Part shown: one piece after another, positions 29,113 to 36,436 of the stretch | Position numbering within the stretch: position 1 is the first letter of the stretch | Layout: the number at the start of each line of letters is the position of its first letter | DNA from: an uncultured archaeon | Lineage (GTDB): Archaea > Asgardarchaeota > Thorarchaeia > Thorarchaeales > Thorarchaeaceae | Direction of reading: 5' to 3' | DNA length: 55,135 bases | Assembly (NCBI GenBank): GCA_964458565.1 | Contig: CAYWJO010000020.1 | Span: 1 to 55,135 of the forward strand | Position numbers and translations under genes: made by a program | Notes under the pieces: model-generated | Databases searched by the model: none | What the model was told of the DNA's origin: nothing | What the model saw: only the letters and a program-made list of their open reading frames with translations

Positions 29113-29131
29113 TAGGAACTATAAGTCCTTA

Positions 29132-29471
29132 CCTTAATTATATCGCAACATGTTCTACGTGTACATCATTGAAACAGACAAAGGAACCTATTATACTGGG
29201 CAGACTAATGACTTAACGCGTCGCCTAAGAGAACATGCTTCCCAAAGTTCTCAATCTGCATCATATTTCAGAATGCATAGACCACTCTTCCTTGTACACC
29301 TTGAAGAATTCGAAACACGTGGGGGAGCTATGCGAAGAGAGATTGAATTGAAGAAGAACCGGCGTTTAAAACAACAATTGATAGACGAAAATGAGCGCAT
29401 CAGTATTGAGAGCTATTTGTCTGCTTCCGATTAATCTCGTAGAATTCATATACAATTGGTTCCTTAATTAT
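29132..29471. repeat. 10-bp direct repeat CCTTAATTAT at 29132-29141 and 29462-29471, flanking the GIY-YIG gene
   Basis: Read directly from the sequence. AT-rich, so chance cannot be excluded. Confidence 0.55.
29150..29434 (+). CDS. GIY-YIG nuclease, stand-alone UPF0213/YhbQ-like
   Basis: FYVYII....G.YYTG.T.DL.RRL.EH, RP..LV..E.F..R..A..RE..LK. Confidence 0.9.
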   Translation: MFYVYIIETDKGTYYTGQTNDLTRRLREHASQSSQSASYFRMHRPLFLVHLEEFETRGGAMRREIELKKNRRLKQQLIDENERISIESYLSASD

Positions 29472-29782
29472 TAACTACGGTCTCTGGATTTGATTCATCA
29501 AATGGTTTCCTTGAATTGTATCAATATGAGGTATATAACGCCACAACGATGGATATTCTTGCAGGTTTCTGGGTGGAAGGGTTGGCAGAGACAACTACGT
29601 TTCCTTTACCAACCTCTCCATTCTCAACAAGTGAACTTCCAACATCTCCCACATCATCAACAGACAACCAACCCTTCAACGTTTCTGAACTTATGATGAT
29701 CATTAGTTGGACTATCACTATTGGTTCGATTGTTGTCATTATTGTGTTTATAGTTCTCATAATCCGGAATAGAAAAACATGA
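29468..29782 (+). pseudogene. 5'-truncated remnant of a membrane-anchored protein homologous to the C-terminus of the upstream binding protein
   Basis: Open frame after TAA at 29465 reads FDSSNGFLELYQYEVYNATT...IISWTITIGSIVVIIVFIVL, versus YQKTNGFLSKYITEIYNSSD...IISWSITLASTTVIVIVIVL upstream. No signal peptide. Confidence 0.6.
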
Positions 29783-29855
29783 CCTCTTAGATACCTTATG
29801 CATTAGCTGTTGGAATGTTCGAAGCGTTCATATCTTGGATGATTGAATAATCCCT

Positions 29856-31376
29856 GTGGTCAGAATGGATGAATTCGTCTTAGCAATTGATGTTGGTACC
29901 ACAGGCGTACGGTCCATCTTCTACACTATTGATGGAAAACCCATTGTATCATCCTATGAGGAATTTCCAAGTCAATTTCCTCAACCCTCTTGGGTTGAGC
30001 AGGATGCTAATCTATGGTGGAACACCGTATGCACAACGATCAAAAGATGTTTGAAATCCGGATTGAGCAGTGAGTATGTAATTGGTATAAGCGTCACAAA
30101 CCAACGTGAAACAGTAGTTCCTGTAGACGAGAATAACCATCCAATACGAAATGCCATTGTTTGGCAAGATAGGCGAACCGTTCCACAGTGCGATTGGATC
30201 CATGAGAATCTGACATCAGATACTATCTATTCAATTACAGGTCTAACTATTGATCCATACTTTACAGCTCCCAAGTTACTCTGGATCAAAAGGCATGATG
30301 AATCTACATTCAAGAAGGCTCACAAGTTTCTGCTCGTTCATGATTTCATCATCAGCAAACTCTCTGGTGAATACGTCACTGATAGATCAAATGCTAGTCG
30401 AACCATGCTTTTTGACATAAACAAATCTGATTGGTCTAAGCCTCTTTTAGAAAAAATGGGCATACAATCTGAAAAACTACCTGCTGTGAAGATAGCCGGA
30501 ACAAAAATTGGCGAACTTACAGCTTCTGCCGCCAAAGAAATCGGGCTCAAAGAAGGAACGCCTGTAGTTCTTGGTGGTGGAGATCAACAATGTGCTGCTT
30601 TAGGTGTTGGAGTTGTCCGGTCAGGGATGACTAAATCAACAACGGGTACTGGCACATTCATTCTTGCTTATTCTGAGGATGTACTACTTGACTCTCTAAA
30701 ACGTGTCTTATGTAGTTGTCATGTGGTGCCTAATGCATACGTTATCGAATCAAGTATTTTCACTACGGGTTCCGCTTTGAGATGGTTTAGAGACAATCTT
30801 GGTTACAGAGAGAGAACTATTGCAGAAGAATTGGGTGTTGATCCTTACGAGGTCTTAACTGAAGGTGCAAGTGAGGTTTCTCCTGGATCAGAAGGAGTTC
30901 TTCATATCCCCCATTTTGTGGGTGCTGGAGCTCCTCATTGGAACCCACATGCAAGAGCAATATTTGCAGGATTAGCATTAGGACATTCACGAAAACATCT
31001 CATCCGTGCAATTCTTGAAGGTGTGTCATATGAGATACGAACAAATCTCGAGGTCATGAACGAGATTGGTCTCTCAATTTCCGAAGTCCGAGTGACCGGA
31101 GGTGCTACTCGAAGTAATCTATGGATGCAGATACAAAGTGATATTCTAAACTTGCCTATAGTACTCACCGAACTTGAAGAAGCTACAGCTTTGGGTGCAG
31201 CGATATTGGCATGCAAAGGTGTGGGTGTGTTTTCCTCAATACCCGAAGCCGCAGAAGAAATGGTCAAACCAAGAGAACGACTTCTTCCCACCGAACAAAA
31301 TCGTGAGGTTTACGACAAAGCCTATAGTCGATACCAGATGCTATATTCATCCATAAAGGACATGAGCTGGGACTAG
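29856..31376 (+). CDS. FGGY-family carbohydrate kinase (xylulokinase/glycerol kinase-like)
   Basis: LAIDVGTTG, P.P.WVEQD, TNQRET, AIVWQD.R, SNASRT.LF, GGDQ.CAA.G, G.GAP.W, RA.LEG, GGA.RS..W.QI..D, E.TALGAA.LA. Confidence 0.93.
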   Translation: MVRMDEFVLAIDVGTTGVRSIFYTIDGKPIVSSYEEFPSQFPQPSWVEQDANLWWNTVCTTIKRCLKSGLSSEYVIGISVTNQRETVVPVDENNHPIRNAIVWQDRRTVPQCDWIHENLTSDTIYSITGLTIDPYFTAPKLLWIKRHDESTFKKAHKFLLVHDFIISKLSGEYVTDRSNASRTMLFDINKSDWSKPLLEKMGIQSEKLPAVKIAGTKIGELTASAAKEIGLKEGTPVVLGGGDQQCAALGVGVVRSGMTKSTTGTGTFILAYSEDVLLDSLKRVLCSCHVVPNAYVIESSIFTTGSALRWFRDNLGYRERTIAEELGVDPYEVLTEGASEVSPGSEGVLHIPHFVGAGAPHWNPHARAIFAGLALGHSRKHLIRAILEGVSYEIRTNLEVMNEIGLSISEVRVTGGATRSNLWMQIQSDILNLPIVLTELEEATALGAAILACKGVGVFSSIPEAAEEMVKPRERLLPTEQNREVYDKAYSRYQMLYSSIKDMSWD

Positions 31377-31378
31377 TA

Positions 31379-32665
31379 TTAAGAAGAATATATCGCAAGC
31401 TTATTTCCCTTATCAAGAACAAGAATCTGTGCTGATGTGTCTTCCTTTAACCATCCATCTATCACATCTTGTGGATGTTGCGTCTTTAACAGATGTGCAG
31501 ATTGGAGTGTCGGCTCATCAAGCTCTGAGTACATTTTAATTTTCGAAATTCGCTGAAGTAGTTCTGCAAATTTGTACGCTTTATGTTCATAGAGATGGTA
31601 TTTACCTTTGATTGATTTAACAACTTCATCCAATGGTGCAGTCAGTTTCATGTAGAAGTTCTCATAAGCTGTTTCAGGAGCCACTCCATCACGACATTCG
31701 GCGAGGAACAAGATCTCTCCTTTATCTTTAACCGCATTCTTTGTCAATTCAAGCCCTCTCTGTGCGTGATAGAGGGATATGTCTTGTGGGTACCCTCCTG
31801 GTGAGACTATTATTCTTGATGTGGGTTTCACCGTGAAGCTTGCAGTCCTGTCTAAAACCTCAATTCCTCCTGCAATAACAGGTTCAAGACGACCTGCATC
31901 AGCCCAAACAAGTTTTCCACTACTTGAAATCACAGACAGAGTGAATGCTTTTGCGTTCCTGGTAATCATCTCAGCGGCTTCCCGCATATCATTAGCAAGA
32001 GGATTGTTTCTTCTTGCTGGATTTGGATGAAATGGATGCTTTCCGAATGTCGAATCCGGGTCCAACGCCATAGCATGATTTGCCTCTATTGTATCGAATG
32101 CACATACACCTGGAAGAAAGTCCTTGAGTGCGTTTGAATAACCTGCAAAATAGTGTGCCTTCATATCAGCTAATGCAACATATACATCATGACCCACGGC
32201 TTTGGAGGTTACAATGACAGGAGTACCACGACTTGTTGTGCCAAGTTTTACCACATCTGGATCATTGCTATCGTTAATCTTTATTCGATATTCATTCAGA
32301 CTATCAGCTTCAGATGCTCTCTTTATCATGTCGATAATCTTCAAGTTCTCTGGATGTTCGACTTCATGTGAACCTGTGGTAATAATGAATTGAACACTAT
32401 TTGCATCCTTCAGCGATGGTGTGACTGCATTAAGAAGTTCCCAATGAGGTTCATCTCTAGTATGGTCTTCTACAAGTACACAAACACTCTTGCTCTTTGC
32501 TATGTCTGATAAGAGTGGACCATGAGGGTTATTCATCACCCTCTCTAATTCGGTATCAACATCAGATAGCAAATCCAGCTGACTTGGCACAATTCTACCA
32601 GCTAAGTTCTCGTCCGGAATCTCAATAGTTACTTTCCCATCACCGTAGCTTACAGCAATATCCAT
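31379..32665 (-). CDS. larA: LarA-family nickel-pincer-dependent alpha-hydroxyacid racemase/epimerase
   Basis: D.TR (VEDHTR), TGSH, LGTTSRGTPV, HYFAGYS...K..LPG, SPGGYP.D..LY...G, AEC.DG. Start taken at MDIAV (ORF track 32683). Substrate unknown. Confidence 0.85.
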   Translation of the reverse strand: MDIAVSYGDGKVTIEIPDENLAGRIVPSQLDLLSDVDTELERVMNNPHGPLLSDIAKSKSVCVLVEDHTRDEPHWELLNAVTPSLKDANSVQFIITTGSHEVEHPENLKIIDMIKRASEADSLNEYRIKINDSNDPDVVKLGTTSRGTPVIVTSKAVGHDVYVALADMKAHYFAGYSNALKDFLPGVCAFDTIEANHAMALDPDSTFGKHPFHPNPARRNNPLANDMREAAEMITRNAKAFTLSVISSSGKLVWADAGRLEPVIAGGIEVLDRTASFTVKPTSRIIVSPGGYPQDISLYHAQRGLELTKNAVKDKGEILFLAECRDGVAPETAYENFYMKLTAPLDEVVKSIKGKYHLYEHKAYKFAELLQRISKIKMYSELDEPTLQSAHLLKTQHPQDVIDGWLKEDTSAQILVLDKGNKLAIYSS

Positions 32666-32770
32666 CCATCTGACACCATGCACATGATGAATATTCGTTC
32701 AGAAAAGGATTCGCCAATGTGCAGATACCATGCCGAAACTCATATCCGCTACAATGTTCAGGTTTTCTAC

Positions 32771-33097
32771 ATGAGTGATTCGAATGAAAATCCTGGCGCT
32801 TTTACCGGTGTAGGTCGTTGGCTTACAGTAGCATCCGAACTTCCTTGTTCAGTCATTGTCTTTCTATTTGCAGGCCAACTTGTAGGACAGCAGATTTGGG
32901 GTGATCAAGGTGCAATCACAGGAGCTCTCATAGGAGTCATTCTAGGATTCGTAATTGGAATCTATAGTGTTTTTATCACTATTCGAAGATTCGAACAAAT
33001 AGAAGCAGAATCCTTGGAACGAAATCGGAAATACATGCCTCCAGCTGAGGAAATATTCGAGGAGTATGATTGGTCTTCAAAGAAGACCAATGATTGA
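32771..33097 (+). CDS. Small two-TM protein resembling AtpZ/AtpI (ATP synthase gene-1 family)
   Basis: Two TM helices with the pattern (S/G)EL...V......G...G......G.LIG..LG...G.Y, near ATPase genes. Start ATG 32771. Confidence 0.5.
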   Translation: MSDSNENPGAFTGVGRWLTVASELPCSVIVFLFAGQLVGQQIWGDQGAITGALIGVILGFVIGIYSVFITIRRFEQIEAESLERNRKYMPPAEEIFEEYDWSSKKTND

Positions 33098-33098
33098 A

Positions 33099-33668
33099 TT
33101 ACTCCAAGAACTCTGAATCGTCGCTATCTAAGACCTCTATTATTACCTTAGTAGCGGTTCTGCCAACACCCGCAATTATCAGTTGAATCAGAAATGCGAT
33201 GAAGAACGCACCCAATGCTAGATTGAATAATTGGAGTGCTATAGAACCTACTGCTAACGGTGCCAAGAAATAACTGTATACCAGCCAGAATATCCAGATA
33301 CTAAGGATACCCATGACTATTACCAATAATGCGTATAGATAGACAACTAACTTTACCTTTGGCGTATCCATCCTTACTTCTTGGATGCCAGGTCCAATAA
33401 CAGCATCACCAATACGTCTGGAGAAACGGACGAAAACTCCTAGAGCAGCTAGAAAGATGAATAGAATTATGATAATCACAACAAGTATAAACAAGACTTG
33501 AATATCCGAACTGAATTCAGGTAGGAATCCCATCAAGAAATGTCCTATAAGTGCGCCAAACATTATTATTACTGATACTATCTCAATCACAAATGTGATA
33601 GTTGCAGAATTCCTAAACAGACTTCCAAGATCTATCATATCGACATTACTTCGTTTCTCCTCGTTCAT
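33099..33668 (-). CDS. Hypothetical 4-TM membrane protein
   Basis: 189-aa ORF with four hydrophobic segments arranged as two hairpins, and an acidic C-terminus. Confidence 0.7.
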   Translation of the reverse strand: MNEEKRSNVDMIDLGSLFRNSATITFVIEIVSVIIMFGALIGHFLMGFLPEFSSDIQVLFILVVIIIILFIFLAALGVFVRFSRRIGDAVIGPGIQEVRMDTPKVKLVVYLYALLVIVMGILSIWIFWLVYSYFLAPLAVGSIALQLFNLALGAFFIAFLIQLIIAGVGRTATKVIIEVLDSDDSEFLE

Positions 33669-33799
33669 AGAATCACATCGTGTCTTATGGCTGCGTTTTA
33701 TTTGAATTCTTCGAAACTGAACTTATTTCTGCGCGTTCGTCAAGCTTATATCGTGCATATTGAAGTGCATTTCTACATACCACAAAGAGCTGATAACAC

Positions 33800-34864
33800 G
33801 TGTCTATTGGAGCTGCAAACCTGTATGGATTTGTCAACGCTCGTATTCGAGCGCTCAAATCCGATTTTCTCACAGTGGGTGATTATGAACGGTTAATGCA
33901 GTCCAAAGACTATGATGACTACATCAAAATCCTTTCAGGAACCGCATACGGCCCTTCGATGAATCGAGCATCCTCGGGTAAGAACTTGTATCCCAATGAA
34001 CTCGCATTATTTCTTGCGAAAGAATTTGCGGAAGTTGTCTACAATCTTTCGCGTTCTCTTACGGGAAAAGTACAGAAGTTCACTAAGAAATACATGGAAC
34101 TATTCTTGGCTGAAAGTATCAAGACTATTGTGCGTGGACTACATGCAGGTCTTGACCGAGAAGAGATTCTGCGGTTCACTGTACCAACCTCTGCTGAGCA
34201 ATTAAGTGAATATGAAATGTTGGTCAATTCTCCTTCTGTGAATGCGATGATTGATTCACTCCCATACTGGGAGATCAAGGTGGCGATGTTGACTCGTTTA
34301 CATCTCTATGAAGAATATGATTCAACCGCACCCATTGAGGTTGCAATAGAGGAATGGTATCTTCGAAGCATTCTGGAAGCATTAAAGGGCTTCTCAAAAG
34401 GTGACAAGAAGAGAGTACTTGATATCCTTGAAGCACGTGTCGATTTACACAATGTATTGGCAACACTTCGAGGTCTCTATCTTAACCTTGACTCACGGGT
34501 AATTGAACTGTCTTTGGTTCGATTCACTCGAAAATCAAGGTCCTTGATGGAATCTCTTGCGGTATCCACCAATTGGAGAGATGTTTTCAATCGTTTGAAT
34601 ACAACCCGCTATGCTCAAATAGGTGGTCGTCTTGCTAGGCTCTATGAGGATACTAATGATCTTGCTGAAATTGAACTTGCTGTGGAAGATTATGTTGCAC
34701 AGAGGGTTTTACAGCAGATGACTGCATTTCCCTTTCATTTAGGGACAATCATAGGTTTCTTCAATCTGAAATACTATGAAGTGAAAAACATTAGATCCAT
34801 TGCGGTAGGTATAGAAAGAGGCGAATCTGCCGATATAATTAGACAAATGATTACAATATGGTAA
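33800..34864 (+). CDS. atpC: A/V-type ATPase subunit C (d/AC39 family)
   Basis: Y...NARIRA.KS..L....Y..L, T.YG, D..N....LR, E..NIR.I..G...G...D.I; adjacent to the proteolipid gene. Confidence 0.88.
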   Translation: MSIGAANLYGFVNARIRALKSDFLTVGDYERLMQSKDYDDYIKILSGTAYGPSMNRASSGKNLYPNELALFLAKEFAEVVYNLSRSLTGKVQKFTKKYMELFLAESIKTIVRGLHAGLDREEILRFTVPTSAEQLSEYEMLVNSPSVNAMIDSLPYWEIKVAMLTRLHLYEEYDSTAPIEVAIEEWYLRSILEALKGFSKGDKKRVLDILEARVDLHNVLATLRGLYLNLDSRVIELSLVRFTRKSRSLMESLAVSTNWRDVFNRLNTTRYAQIGGRLARLYEDTNDLAEIELAVEDYVAQRVLQQMTAFPFHLGTIIGFFNLKYYEVKNIRSIAVGIERGESADIIRQMITIW

Positions 34865-34879
34865 CGGAGAAAACCCCTA

Positions 34880-35263
34880 ATGAAACAAGACAATCGAATC
34901 ACAAGTCTTCTGATGTTCATTGCTGGAGCATTTGTGTTTGTGCTTGCATTGATTCCAAATGTGAGTGCGCTTTCACAAAATCCCGTAGGTGGATTTCAAG
35001 CATTGCAAGCAGCAGATGCTGGACTGGGAATCCTAGGTATTGCTATTGGCGCTGGTCTTGCCCTTGGACTTGCTGGACTAGGTGCATCAATTGGAATGGG
35101 TACTGCCTCAGCAGCAGCACTAGGTGCTATTACTGAGAAACCAGAGACCTTTGGAAAATCAATTCTGTACGTTGTGTTCATCGAAGCTGTTGCTATCTAC
35201 GGTTTCGTTATTGCATTCCTACTTGTTGGTAACATAAGCCAACTAATTAGTACAATCGGATAG
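34880..35263 (+). CDS. atpK: A/V-type ATPase proteolipid subunit K/c with N-terminal hydrophobic leader
   Basis: AIGAGLALGLAGLGASIGMG..S.AA.GAI.EKPE.FGK......FIEAVAIYG, with the essential Glu. Confidence 0.95.
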   Translation: MKQDNRITSLLMFIAGAFVFVLALIPNVSALSQNPVGGFQALQAADAGLGILGIAIGAGLALGLAGLGASIGMGTASAAALGAITEKPETFGKSILYVVFIEAVAIYGFVIAFLLVGNISQLISTIG

Positions 35264-35275
35264 AATTGACTATCT

Positions 35276-35299
35276 TGGGTGCAGAAATTCCTGCACCCA
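35276..35299. terminator. Perfect 9-bp hairpin (TGGGTGCAG-aaattc-CTGCACCCA) between convergent atpK and atpE; possible bidirectional terminator or processing site
   Basis: Inverted repeat read directly in the 40-bp convergent intergenic gap. Confidence 0.5.
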
Positions 35300-35303
35300 C
35301 TAT

Positions 35304-35930
35304 CTAGGTGTCCCCAGGAAAGAGGGCTTCATTGATTGCATATCGTATATCCGACTCCAGTCTTTCCATACGAGCTTCGATGGTGTTGTCAACCCATCTC
35401 TCTTTATCCAAGGTTCGAACAATCACACCACCTTCAGAGCGAACTGTTTCTTTCGAGATTGTGATAGTGGTTTTCTTACCAATCTCATCCTCAATGGCTT
35501 TCTTCGCGGCCGCAGCAGTCAAGGAAATCTTTTGGTTCCGGGGATAGACCAGCTCCAATTCATCTACTTCCAGACATTTAGCACCATCTACAATTAGACG
35601 AGTCAAATCTGCTTCATATGCTTTTGATCCAACTCTTTTCACGAGTTCCTCTCTTGCTGATTGTAGAACGTCTTGGACAATGTTCTCCTTTGCTTGGAGA
35701 ATTTTCTGTTTCACTCGGAGTTTTGCGCTTGCCTCATATCGAACTAGTTCAGCTTTCAGTTCGGAATTAGCCTTGGAGATGATTTCATTAGCTTTCTCTT
35801 CTGCTCTCTTCTGTGCGATTTCAAGTCTAATCCTTTTGTCATCCTCTGCTTCAGTAAGGATTTTCTTCTCGTCCTCGTCTGTTTTAGCTTGAATCATCTC
35901 GATAATTTTTTCTGTGCCGCTCATTCTCAC
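35304..35930 (-). CDS. atpE: A/V-type ATPase subunit E
   Basis: G.EKII..I...........EA coiled-coil N-terminus; C-terminal GGVIV.......VDNT.EAR. Confidence 0.9.
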   Translation of the reverse strand: MRMSGTEKIIEMIQAKTDEDEKKILTEAEDDKRIRLEIAQKRAEEKANEIISKANSELKAELVRYEASAKLRVKQKILQAKENIVQDVLQSAREELVKRVGSKAYEADLTRLIVDGAKCLEVDELELVYPRNQKISLTAAAAKKAIEDEIGKKTTITISKETVRSEGGVIVRTLDKERWVDNTIEARMERLESDIRYAINEALFPGDT

Positions 35931-36259
35931 TCCTCTCCTAGTACAATTTTGAGAACCGTCTTTACGGCTTTATCTTGTTTCTTCTTTGAGATATCTTGAT
36001 ATTCAGCCACTTTGGCATCAGCATTTGAGAGGATACTCCCTTCAATCTTGATTTTCTTATCCTCCTTCTCCTTGAGAAGACGCTCAGCTTCTTGTCTCGC
36101 ATCAATCTCTCTCTGATTCATAATCTCAGCGGCTTTTGTTTCAGTTTCTTTTTTCATCTTGCGAATTTCAGCATTAGCATCTTCAATTCGTTGCTTTGCA
36201 TCTTCTTCCGCTTGATGTATTCTGTCAATCTCTTCTTGAGCAGTACCCATTTCTAGCAA
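35927..36259 (-). CDS. A/V-type ATPase peripheral stalk subunit H (G-like)
   Basis: 110-aa charged helix I..I..AEE.A...IE.A...; C-terminal AV..VL..VLG. Stop overlaps the atpE start. Confidence 0.75.
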   Translation of the reverse strand: MLEMGTAQEEIDRIHQAEEDAKQRIEDANAEIRKMKKETETKAAEIMNQREIDARQEAERLLKEKEDKKIKIEGSILSNADAKVAEYQDISKKKQDKAVKTVLKIVLGEE

Positions 36260-36436
36260 CTCGGGGTGTGGTTGTTTTTGTTTTTAGGGTTTAAATCCCT
36301 GATAAAGATAGTCGTGTGTAAATTTAACCTATATTTTAATGTGGAGGGTGCGATTCACAACGTTTATGTAACGGCTGACGTGGTACCGACACCGGTTTGC
36401 ATATTTGCATCCTTACATAAAATCGAGGACCCCATC

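Noticed and set aside
29150-29434. Classical IS element or intron-encoded homing endonuclease
   Set aside because: No transposase, terminal inverted repeats, DNA-binding extension or intron structure seen; only the direct repeat is reported.
32666-32770. Apparent head-to-head overlap of larA and the AtpZ-like ORF
   Set aside because: Artefact of longest-ORF calling; plausible starts at 32665 and 32771 leave a normal divergent gap.
36266-36436. 57-aa N-terminal extension of ATPase subunit I in the ORF track
   Set aside because: The family start (P.KM) follows ATG 36437, and this interval is needed as the divergent promoter region for atpH/E and atpI.
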